A stretch of DNA of 64,000 bases, taken from assembly GCA_047456295.1 (NCBI GenBank), contig CP179887.1, forward strand, positions 45,944 through 109,943, given 5' to 3'. The translations under genes and the position numbers were made by a program. The stretch's first letter is position 1; the number at the start of each line of letters is the position of its first letter. The notes below the pieces were generated by a model that saw only the letters and a program-made list of their open reading frames with translations, did not search any database and was not told where the DNA came from. The stretch is from Candidatus Nealsonbacteria bacterium. GTDB taxonomy: Bacteria > Patescibacteriota > Minisyncoccia > Minisyncoccales > JANBVM01. Shown here piece after piece: positions 55,611 through 63,623 of this stretch.

Positions 55611-56048
55611 TTATTTTTCCTCTGTCCACTTTTTTGCCTTTTCCACAGTAGGAAATAATTCTACTTCTATTGATGGTTTGTTTAACTTTAAGAAAAACGA
55701 ACCAATTATTCTTGCCATTGGATTTTTATAAACTAACGCAACTTTTTTTCTAACATGTTTCGCAATCTCTGGACTTTCATTAACAAATCTTCTTGCTTCC
55801 AGACTTACTTTTTCTATCTCTGAAATATCTACAATTATTCCTCGTCTTTGGAGATTCTTCGTTATTTTAATTCCTGCTTCAGTTATTCGTTCTACTTCTT
55901 CTTTGTCTATTTTCCCCCACATTCTTATCATCATTATATTGTCTTCAATCCAAGTTTCGCTACTCCTTGTTTTAATTGATTCTTTTTTCATATTTTTATA
56001 AATCCGTTTGACTGTTTTCATTTCGACATCTTTAATAACGACAAACAA
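55611..56048 (-). CDS. Hypothetical protein (possibly STAS/SpoIIAA-like fold)
   Basis: 145-aa ORF on the opposite strand to its neighbours. Only weak fold-level resemblance. Confidence 0.4.
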   Translation of the reverse strand: MFVVIKDVEMKTVKRIYKNMKKESIKTRSSETWIEDNIMMIRMWGKIDKEEVERITEAGIKITKNLQRRGIIVDISEIEKVSLEARRFVNESPEIAKHVRKKVALVYKNPMARIIGSFFLKLNKPSIEVELFPTVEKAKKWTEEK

Positions 56049-56085
56049 TTAATTTTAAAAAATCTTCCTTTTAAAGAAAGGAAAA

Positions 56086-56160
56086 GTTCGAGTCCTACTA
56101 CCGGAGCAAATTAAGTTCAAAAATCGCCAATCAGGCGGTTTTTTGATAAAATGAACTATA
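56086..56160 (+). repeat. Junction module J4
   Basis: AGTTCGAGTCCTACTACCGGAGCA (tRNA-3'-like), then AAATCGCCAATCAGGCGGTTTTTTGATAAAAT, with the ATG 8 nt after the -10. Confidence 0.7.
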
Positions 56161-56577
56161 ATGACAAGAAGAATTGCTATTTTTGCCCCTTCTGGAGTTG
56201 GTAAATCAACACTAATTAAGATTGCCTTAAAACAAGGGATAAAGGCTTATGATTTTGAAGATTTCTCTTCTCAAGAAAGAATAAAAAAAGCTCAAGAAAT
56301 TCTCAAGAAGGATTTTAATGACATTGTATTGTTTAATGCGGGAGATTTACAAACTAAAGATTTCCCGTTTGATGTTGAACTGGTATTGCTTTTACCTCCT
56401 AAAGATATTTATTTGAAGCGTTTAAAAAAGCGCGACAAATTAAATCCAGAGAAAAAAGGCCAACAAGGGAATATGAAGTATGAGATATTTTTTTAAAAAA
56501 AGAACATTTTTCATAGAATTATTAAAGATACAGGAACAGCGGATGAAATTTTAGATAAGATATTAAAAAGTTTATGA
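56161..56577 (+). pseudogene. P-loop kinase-like gene, frameshifted/decayed copy of 57269-57685
   Basis: The first 95 aa align with the paralogue (RRIAIFxPxGVGKSTLIK). The frame breaks after NPEKKGQQ near an A/T homopolymer. The C-terminal FHRIIKDTGTADEILDKILKSL* resumes in another frame and ends in ATGA overlap with ppa. Confidence 0.6.
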
Positions 56578-57044
56578 ACATAAAAGTTTTTATTGAGAAT
56601 AAAGCAGGGTCTAATCAAAAAAATATCTATGATGAAAAAACCTTGCAATATAAGAAAACTGTAATAATCTCAAGGAAATATCCATATCCCTATGGTTTCG
56701 TTTTGAATACCACAAGTGGGGATGGTGATAATGTAGATTGTTTTGTGTTAACAAACAAAAAACTTAAAACTGGTGAAATCGTTGAGTGTAAACCTATTGC
56801 CATGATGGAGCAAATAGAGTCTTATTCTGCAGAGCCAGGAATAGAGGAAGAAGACCACAATGTCTTAGCTGTTTTAGAGGGTGAAAGTTTTGAAATAGAC
56901 GATATATTAAAGAATAAACTGTCTGAATTTGTTTCACATGCCTTTGACCATTTACCAGATAAAAAAGTTAAAGTAGGAAATTTCTTAGATGAAAAAAAGA
57001 CTATAGAGTATATAGAAAAATGTAGAGATGCTATTAATCTTTAA
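56574..57044 (+). CDS. ppa: Family I inorganic pyrophosphatase
   Basis: YPYPYGFVLNTTSGDGDNVDCFVL active-site motif. Confidence 0.8.
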   Translation: MNIKVFIENKAGSNQKNIYDEKTLQYKKTVIISRKYPYPYGFVLNTTSGDGDNVDCFVLTNKKLKTGEIVECKPIAMMEQIESYSAEPGIEEEDHNVLAVLEGESFEIDDILKNKLSEFVSHAFDHLPDKKVKVGNFLDEKKTIEYIEKCRDAINL

Positions 57045-57158
57045 ATTCAGGTTCGAACATTATCCTATTAAATTAGGTTAATCCTTGAAATAGTCTTTAA
57101 ATCTCTAAGCTTTTTCTCAATTTCTATCCAATCAATAGTTCTAAATTGGTAAATTTTC

Positions 57159-57268
57159 CCAAAACCAAGTTCTAATATTGTACCACCCCCGGAGCAGGCT
57201 AGTGCTCGGTTCAAGTGACCGAGACGCATCAAATCGCCTTATAGGCGGTTTTTTGGTAAAATCGAAAT
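57159..57268 (+). repeat. Junction module J5
   Basis: CCCAAAACCAAGTTCTAAT...CCCCCGGAGCA, then hairpin CTCGGT-TCAAGTG-ACCGAG, then AAATCGCCTTATAGGCGGTTTTTTGGTAAAAT-CGAAAT-ATG. Confidence 0.7.
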
Positions 57269-57685
57269 ATGAAAAGAAGAATTGCCATCTTTGGTCCTCC
57301 TGGTGTTGGTAAGTCAACCCTAATTAAGCTCGCTATAAAAAGAGGAATAAAGGCCTTTGATTTCGAAGATTTTCCTGAGGAAGAAACATTAAGGCGAGTC
57401 AAAGAAATCTTCAAAAAAGTTCCTGATGACATTGTATTGTATGGTGCGGCTGGCTTACAGACTTATGATTTCCCACAGGATGTAGAACTGGTGTTGGTTC
57501 TGCCACCTAAAGATATTTATTTAGAGCGTATAAAGGAGCGGGATACAGTAAATCCAGCTAAAGTAGGCCAGAACCATTTGGAATGGTATGATGGCTATAC
57601 AAGTACTAAGAATCGTTATCATAAAGTTATTAGTGAGACAGGAAGTCCCAATGAAGTTTTAGATAAAATATTAGAAGATTTATGA
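57269..57685 (+). CDS. Small P-loop kinase-like protein (138 aa)
   Basis: Walker A GPPGVGKST. ATGA overlap with the downstream S66 peptidase gene. Confidence 0.6.
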   Translation: MKRRIAIFGPPGVGKSTLIKLAIKRGIKAFDFEDFPEEETLRRVKEIFKKVPDDIVLYGAAGLQTYDFPQDVELVLVLPPKDIYLERIKERDTVNPAKVGQNHLEWYDGYTSTKNRYHKVISETGSPNEVLDKILEDL

Positions 57686-58653
57686 AAAGTGTTACCCCAT
57701 CAAAACTTAGAAAAGGAGATGAGATAAGAGTCATAGCTCCTGCTAAAAGTTTCAAGACCTCCTTCACAGAAGAGAGAATGGCAACCGCAATGAAAAGGTT
57801 TGAAGAAATGGGTCTGAAAGTTAGTTTTGGAAAACATGTCTACGAACGGAATGAATTTGAATCCACAACTATTGAACATCGACTAGAAGATTTACATGAT
57901 GCTTTTTCAGACAACAACGTAAAAGGGATTTTAACTGTTCTTGGAGGTACCCATTCCAATCAGCTTTTGAAGTATATAGATTACGACCTCATCAGTAATA
58001 ATCCTAAAATCTTATGCGGACTATCGGACATCACTTCCTTGGCAAATGCAATACATGCTAAAACAGGACTGGTGACATATTCTGGACCACACTTCACGTT
58101 GTTTGGTGTAAATAAAGCAATTGACTATACTGTCGATTATTTTAAGCAATGTTTTTTTACAAACGAATCAATAGACGTACAAGCTTCGGAGCATTTTTGT
58201 AATGATAGATGGGACAGTGAAGAAATTCCAAACGATGGAATGTGGCTCATCAATCGTGGTGAAGCTCAAGGAAAAGTTCTCGGCGGTAATATGGTCACTT
58301 TCAATCTTCTGCAAGGGAGTGAATACTTTCCTGATATCTCTGATTCAATCATCTTTGTGGAAGACAACGCAAAAGAAAGTATTCGCGCCTTTGAAAATCA
58401 CTTACAATCACTTATCAACCAACCAAATTTTTCCAAAGTGATAGGGTTAGTAATTGGCAGGTTTCAAGAAGGTACTGGAATGACAAAAAAGTTACTTACA
58501 CAAATCGTTCAAACAAAAAAAGAATTTAACAATTTACCTGTTATTGCAAATGTGGATTTTGGACATACAATCCCAATGATTACTTTCCCCATCGGAGGCG
58601 AATGCAAAATTGCAGCAAAGGACGATCCTAGGATTAAGATAACCAAACACTAA
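57682..58653 (+). CDS. S66-family LD-carboxypeptidase / MccF-like serine peptidase
   Basis: LRKGDEIRVIAPA start, nucleophile elbow CGLSDITSL and C-terminal DFGHT motif. Confidence 0.75.
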   Translation: MKSVTPSKLRKGDEIRVIAPAKSFKTSFTEERMATAMKRFEEMGLKVSFGKHVYERNEFESTTIEHRLEDLHDAFSDNNVKGILTVLGGTHSNQLLKYIDYDLISNNPKILCGLSDITSLANAIHAKTGLVTYSGPHFTLFGVNKAIDYTVDYFKQCFFTNESIDVQASEHFCNDRWDSEEIPNDGMWLINRGEAQGKVLGGNMVTFNLLQGSEYFPDISDSIIFVEDNAKESIRAFENHLQSLINQPNFSKVIGLVIGRFQEGTGMTKKLLTQIVQTKKEFNNLPVIANVDFGHTIPMITFPIGGECKIAAKDDPRIKITKH

Positions 58654-58832
58654 TTATGGACAAAATGAAACAAGAAAGCACGGTCAATTTGATTATATAA
58701 AAAGCATTGGATGCTACCTAGACAGTGTGTGAACCGACATCAATATCCTTGTATAGTTCAAGAACGCGTACCGATGCAGCAAGCGGAAGCGATTGAAATT
58801 TTAAAGACTATTTTATCTAAAGACCATTAAAA

Positions 58833-58989
58833 CAGGTTCTAACCTCGTCCAGCCCCCGGAGTCAGCTTGTGCTCGGTTCGAGGGACCGAGACACTTTCGG
58901 TTCGAATCCTAACCCCACAGATGGTAAAATCAAGCTTGAAAGAAGCTTGCTTTTTTATTAAATTTAGGGAAAGGTTAAAATAGTGACTT
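58833..58989 (+). repeat. Composite junction region (two tRNA-3'-like segments, shared hairpin, terminator, -10 box)
   Basis: CAGGTTCTAACCTCGTCCAGCCCCCGGAG; CTCGGT-TCGAGGG-ACCGAG; GGTTCGAATCCTAACCCCACA; TGGTAAAATC; CAAGCTT-GAAAG-AAGCTTG followed by T6; TAAAAT 8 nt before the ATG at 58990. Confidence 0.6.
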
Positions 58990-59925
58990 ATGGAGATAAA
59001 AAACACAAAACCATCTTTTCGTTGTGTGTTACATGGAAGTTTCCGCAAATACTGGGATTTAATTAAAAGAACACATCGTATCTTTACTGAAGCCGGTATA
59101 GAAGTTTTGGCGCCTCGTGAAACAGAAATAACTTCTTCTACAGAAGGCTTCGCATTTTTAGAAGGTGAAGAAGATAAAGACCCTCGGATGGTTGAGTTGC
59201 TATATCTGCATAATCTTAAACGATTAGGGGAAAACGGTTTTAGTTATTTTGTAGATCCAGAAGGATACATAGGCAAAAGTGCATCTTATGAACTTGGCAT
59301 TGCACAAGTTACAAATATAAGGTGCTTCTTCTTCGATACCCCAAGGGACCACCCAGCTTATATTCATAGAAATGCTATTTGGAAACCTGAAAACCTCACT
59401 ACATTTATACGAGAGAAAGGAAGATTACCTGAGCCTCAAGTAGAGCCGGACAAACAAAAGATTCATAAGCTTTGGGAAGATTTAATGGTACCTGGTTCTG
59501 TAGTAGCTGCGGGAGGCATTATTGAGTATGACTCTGATAAAAAAGAGAAAGAAATTCTTTTAGTAAAGACTCATAAGTGGAAAGGACGATATTCGATTGT
59601 GGGGGGTAAGCTTCGCAGAAATGAAAGACTTGAAGATGCTTTACTTAGAGAAGTTAAAGAAGAAACAGGATTGGTAGGAAGGGTTGGAGAACATCTTTGC
59701 ACTTTTGACCAGATAAAAAACTCTGGTTATTACTTGCCTGGAATACAACATATTTTTGTTGATAATGTAGTTCATGTTAGAAGTAAACACGTTCGTTTGA
59801 ATGAAGAAGCAGAAGATTATATTTGGATACCAGCACGAATTGCGCTTCGTGAACTTTCAATAGAACCAAATGCTCGTCATACACTTCAATTATATGCTGA
59901 CAGCTTTTCTGTGTTAAGTAACTGA
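58990..59925 (+). CDS. Fusion protein: nucleoside 2-deoxyribosyltransferase/DNPH1-like N-domain plus Nudix hydrolase C-domain
   Basis: N-domain GKSASYELGIA resembles the NDT-family catalytic Glu motif. C-domain has the Nudix box GGKLRRNERLEDALLREVKEETGL. Confidence 0.6.
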   Translation: MEIKNTKPSFRCVLHGSFRKYWDLIKRTHRIFTEAGIEVLAPRETEITSSTEGFAFLEGEEDKDPRMVELLYLHNLKRLGENGFSYFVDPEGYIGKSASYELGIAQVTNIRCFFFDTPRDHPAYIHRNAIWKPENLTTFIREKGRLPEPQVEPDKQKIHKLWEDLMVPGSVVAAGGIIEYDSDKKEKEILLVKTHKWKGRYSIVGGKLRRNERLEDALLREVKEETGLVGRVGEHLCTFDQIKNSGYYLPGIQHIFVDNVVHVRSKHVRLNEEAEDYIWIPARIALRELSIEPNARHTLQLYADSFSVLSN

Positions 59926-59934
59926 TTTATAAGA

Positions 59935-60026
59935 CAGGTTCTAAAATCGTTCGTCCTTCGGAGCTAAAAAATCGCTAAATAGGCGATTTTTTGATAAAAT
60001 AAACAATATAAGTAAAAAATATTAAT
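59935..60026 (+). repeat. Junction module J6
   Basis: CAGGTTCTAAAATCGTTCGTCCTTCGGAGC followed by AAATCGCTAAATAGGCGATTTTTTGATAAAAT. Confidence 0.65.
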
Positions 60027-60653
60027 ATGGCTTTAATCAATAACCTAATCCAACAAGGTTGGTTAAAAACACCTAAAATTATTAAGGCTTTTAAAGAAAT
60101 CAAAAGAATTGATTTTTTGCCTGAAGATTCAAAAAATCTGGCTGAATTAAATGAACCCCTACCAATAGGATATGGACAGACAATATCTCAACCATTGGTT
60201 GTAGCTTTTATGATAGAACACCTCCAACCTAAACAAGGCCATAAGATTTTAGATATTGGTTCAGGTTCAGGCTGGACAACAGCCTTGTTGTCTTACATTG
60301 TAGGACCCAAAGGAAAGGTAATAGCCATTGAAGTTATTCCAGAATTAAAGGAGTTTGGAAAGAAAAACGTATCAAAATACAACTTTATACAAAAAGGAAT
60401 AGCAGAATTTATATGTGCAGATGGTTCAAAAGGGTATGAAATAAAAGCCCCTTTCGACAACATCTTAGCCTCAGCTTCAGCCCAGGAAATTCCTCAATCC
60501 TGGAAAGAACAATTGAGGATAGGTGGCAGTATTGTAACCCCTATTAAGTCTTCCATCTGGGTTTTCACCAAAAAATCAGAAAAAGACTTTGAGGAACGGG
60601 AATATCCTGGTTTTGCTTTTGTACCACTTATAACAAAGAATGAAAACACATGA
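60027..60653 (+). CDS. pcm: Protein-L-isoaspartate O-methyltransferase
   Basis: GYGQTISQP motif and SAM motif I ILDIGSGSGW. Confidence 0.85.
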   Translation: MALINNLIQQGWLKTPKIIKAFKEIKRIDFLPEDSKNLAELNEPLPIGYGQTISQPLVVAFMIEHLQPKQGHKILDIGSGSGWTTALLSYIVGPKGKVIAIEVIPELKEFGKKNVSKYNFIQKGIAEFICADGSKGYEIKAPFDNILASASAQEIPQSWKEQLRIGGSIVTPIKSSIWVFTKKSEKDFEEREYPGFAFVPLITKNENT

Positions 60654-61690
60654 AAGAGACTAATAAATCAACAATCTTTGTTTTTTGTTTTCTTGTTTTT
60701 TTTATATTTATCTGGCAACAGATTTATCTGCCTTTAAATTCTTCTGATACTGAAGATAGATTATTTTTAATTGAAAGAGGTCAGAATCTTTTTCAAATTT
60801 CTGGAAATCTGGAAAAACAAGTGATAAAGGACAGGTTTTCGTTTAATCTTTATGTGTTTTTAAAAGGCGGTGCAGGAAGGCTTCAGGCAGGGGAATATGT
60901 TTTTAATCCTTCAATGAGCATTGCAAGGATTGCTGATAAAATAATTTCTGGTGATGTTGCAAAAGAAACCATATTGATTCCCGAAGGATGGAATTTAAAA
61001 GACATTGCCTGGTATCTGGAAAACAAAGGAATGTTTCAGGCAGAAGAACTTTTTGAATTAGTGGGTTTTCGCTTGATTGATTACTCCCACAATAGTGATT
61101 TGCCAGAACTCAAGGATTTTAGTTCAGATCATGATTTTTTAACTGATAAACCCAAGAATATAGGATTGGAGGGTTATCTTTTTCCTGACACCTATGAAAT
61201 AAAAAGGAATAGCAGTTTGGAAGAGATTGTTAGGAAAATACTGGATAATTTTGGCAAGAAATTAAGTGGAGAATTAAGGGAAGAAATAAAAAGACAGGAA
61301 AAAACAATCTTTGAAATAATAACAATAGCTTCTTTAATAGAAAAAGAAGTTAAAACACCTGAAGAGAAAAAAATAGTTTCTGGAATCTTATGGAAAAGAT
61401 TGAAAAACAAAATACCTTTGCAGGTTGACGCTACCATAAACTATATTACTGGTAAAAAAACAACAAAGGTTTTAATACAAGAAACCAAGATTGATTCTCC
61501 TTATAACACCTATAAATATGGAGGATTACCTTTGGGTCCCATCTGCAACCCTGGAATTGAAAGCATTATATCAGCCCTCTATCCTGAAAGCAGTGAATAT
61601 TCTTATTATCTGTCTACTTCTGAAGGAGAAACCCTTTTTAGTAAAACCCTGGAAGAACATAATTTAAAAAAAGCTCAGTATCTTAAATAA
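60650..61690 (+). CDS. mltG: Endolytic murein transglycosylase MltG (native copy)
   Basis: ASLIEKE, VDATINY and YNTYKYGGLPLGPICNPG motifs. Confidence 0.85.
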   Translation: MKETNKSTIFVFCFLVFFIFIWQQIYLPLNSSDTEDRLFLIERGQNLFQISGNLEKQVIKDRFSFNLYVFLKGGAGRLQAGEYVFNPSMSIARIADKIISGDVAKETILIPEGWNLKDIAWYLENKGMFQAEELFELVGFRLIDYSHNSDLPELKDFSSDHDFLTDKPKNIGLEGYLFPDTYEIKRNSSLEEIVRKILDNFGKKLSGELREEIKRQEKTIFEIITIASLIEKEVKTPEEKKIVSGILWKRLKNKIPLQVDATINYITGKKTTKVLIQETKIDSPYNTYKYGGLPLGPICNPGIESIISALYPESSEYSYYLSTSEGETLFSKTLEEHNLKKAQYLK

Positions 61691-61694
61691 AATC

Positions 61695-62327
61695 ATGAAT
61701 AGAGTTTTGGTATTATTTATCATTGCTGCTATAATAATAACAGGATTTTTAGCTTATAATCACTTAATCAAAAAACAAGTTTATATGCCACAGGATAATA
61801 AAAAAGCTGTAATAATTATATCTTTTCGTAATTTTAGAGACGCAGAATATTTCATTCCTAAAGAAATTTTAGAAGAAGCAGGTGTTGAGATAAAGACTGC
61901 TTCAAATAAAATAGGATTAGCTATCGGGTCAGATGGAGGAGAGGTAAACATAGATTTGCTGGTTTCTGACATAAATATAGGTGAATTTGATGCAGTGGTA
62001 TTTATTGGGGGTCCTGGCTGTCTTACCAGTTTGGATAATGAACAATCATATAACATAGCAAGAGAGGCAGTTTCTCAAAACAAACTTCTTGCCTCAATTT
62101 GTATTTCCCCTGTTATCTTAGCTAAGGCTGGTGTGTTGGAAGGGAAAAAGGCTACTGTATGGAGTTCTCCTATGGATAAAAGTGCGGTTAAGACCCTGGA
62201 AGAAAAAGGTGTCCTTTACCAGACAGAGCCTGTGGTTGTTGATGGAAAGATTATTACTGCTAATGGTCCTGCTGCTGCCAAGGGTTTTGGCCAGGCTATA
62301 ATTGAAGGGTTGACAAAAAGTTATTAA
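61695..62327 (+). CDS. Membrane-anchored DJ-1/PfpI-family protein
   Basis: N-terminal TM helix, nucleophile elbow ASICISP and GGPG motif. Confidence 0.75.
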   Translation: MNRVLVLFIIAAIIITGFLAYNHLIKKQVYMPQDNKKAVIIISFRNFRDAEYFIPKEILEEAGVEIKTASNKIGLAIGSDGGEVNIDLLVSDINIGEFDAVVFIGGPGCLTSLDNEQSYNIAREAVSQNKLLASICISPVILAKAGVLEGKKATVWSSPMDKSAVKTLEEKGVLYQTEPVVVDGKIITANGPAAAKGFGQAIIEGLTKSY

Positions 62328-62346
62328 AAATATATATTGAAATATC

Positions 62347-62497
62347 CACAGACAGCAGGTTTATCCTCTTAGATAGGAGAGGATATCTAATGAGTAAAGT
62401 AAATCCTGCCGAGGATACCAGATATCTCTGGTAGAGTAGGTAATAGGTAAGAGATAAAATCCTTAAGTCTGTGATATGCACAGATTTTTGTTTTTTT
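62347..62497 (+). promoter_or_regulatory. Candidate rplJ (L10) leader with terminator/antiterminator alternative
   Basis: CACAGAC (62347-53) can pair with GTCTGTG (62467-73), enclosing about 110 nt of internal hairpins. The same GTCTGTG can instead pair with CACAGA (62479-84), which is followed by TTTTTGTTTTTTT. Confidence 0.45.
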
Positions 62498-62503
62498 AAT
62501 ATC

Positions 62504-63016
62504 ATGGCAAAATCTAAAGAACAAAAGAAAAAAATATTAGAGGAATTAAAAGAAAATATATCTAAACAAAAAACACTGGTTTTTATTGATTTTACGGGTT
62601 TGAAAATGGAAGATATGTTTGGCTTAAGAAAGAAATTAAAGAAAGCTGATGCTCAATTAAAGGTTGCTAAAAAAACCTTAATTCAGTTAGCTTTAAAACA
62701 AAGCGGTTTAAAAACAGATGTAAAAAAAATAAAGGGAGAATTGGGTTTGGTGTTTGGATATAAAGATGAGATATCTCCTGTAAAGGTGGTTCATGAGTTT
62801 TCCAGAGAAAATCCTTGTTTGAAGATTTTAGGAGGATTCTTTGAAAATGAATTCAAAGAAGCTGAAGATTTTATAGCTTTAGCTCAGCTTCCTTCAAAAC
62901 AAGAGCTTTTAGCAAGATTATCTGGGAGTTTGGCAGCTCCAGTAGTAAATTTTGTTAGGGCTTTACAATACAATTTAAAAGGTCTAGTTTATATATTATC
63001 AACAATTAAAGAGTAA
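62504..63016 (+). CDS. rplJ: 50S ribosomal protein L10
   Basis: MAKSKEQKKKILEEL start. The ORF-track start at 62471 lies inside the leader hairpin. Confidence 0.9.
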   Translation: MAKSKEQKKKILEELKENISKQKTLVFIDFTGLKMEDMFGLRKKLKKADAQLKVAKKTLIQLALKQSGLKTDVKKIKGELGLVFGYKDEISPVKVVHEFSRENPCLKILGGFFENEFKEAEDFIALAQLPSKQELLARLSGSLAAPVVNFVRALQYNLKGLVYILSTIKE

Positions 63017-63026
63017 TAATTAAAAT

Positions 63027-63548
63027 ATGGCTGAAGAAACAAAAAAAGAAGAAATAAAAGAGGAAATAAAGAAAGAAGAAAAAAAGGAAGAGGTAAAGAA
63101 AGAAGAAATAAAAGAAAAAGCTAAAGAAGAAAAGAAAGAAAAAAAAGAAACTCCTGTTAAGGTTCCTGCAAAATTTAAAAAGCTCATAGAAGAGATTGAA
63201 AAAATGAGTGTTTTAGATTTAGCAGAACTGGTCAAAATTTTAGAAAAGAAATTCGGCGTTTCAGCTGCTCCTCAGGTAGTGGCTGTAGCTGCCCCTGCTG
63301 GAGCTAAAGCTGCCCCTGTGGAAGAAAAGAGTGTTGTCAATATTGTTCTTACTGCTGTAGGAGCCAAGAAGATTGAAGTTATTAAAGCTGTAAGAGACGC
63401 AACTCAAAAAGGATTGAAAGATTCAAAAGATTTGGTTGATGCCGTGGCTTCAGGTCCCCAGACAGTTAAAGAGAATGTAAAGAAAGAAGAGGCTGAAGAG
63501 ATTAAAAAGAAATTTGAGGCAGCTGGTGCAAAAGTTGAGTTGAAATAA
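63027..63548 (+). CDS. rplL: 50S ribosomal protein L7/L12 with ~45-aa Lys/Glu-rich N-terminal extension
   Basis: The canonical part starts at [31 protein letters not shown]-terminal domain reads [24 protein letters not shown]. Confidence 0.9.
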   Translation: MAEETKKEEIKEEIKKEEKKEEVKKEEIKEKAKEEKKEKKETPVKVPAKFKKLIEEIEKMSVLDLAELVKILEKKFGVSAAPQVVAVAAPAGAKAAPVEEKSVVNIVLTAVGAKKIEVIKAVRDATQKGLKDSKDLVDAVASGPQTVKENVKKEEAEEIKKKFEAAGAKVELK

Positions 63549-63623
63549 ATCCTTATAAAATCTCCTAGAAAAGAACTCTTTTTGAAGGGTTCTTTTTCAG
63601 TTTAAATGTGTTAAGCTAAAAGA

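Noticed and set aside
57088-57101. Exact 14-nt inverted match AAATAGTCTTTAAA (57088-57101) versus TTTAAAGACTATTT (58800-58813).
   Set aside because: In 64 kb of AT-rich sequence on both strands, several 14-mer matches are expected by chance, and the similarity does not extend.
62471-62503. Upstream GTG start for rplJ given in the ORF track (MICTDFCFFNI...).
   Set aside because: The extension lies within the leader terminator hairpin and T-run. L10 homology begins at the ATG at 62504.
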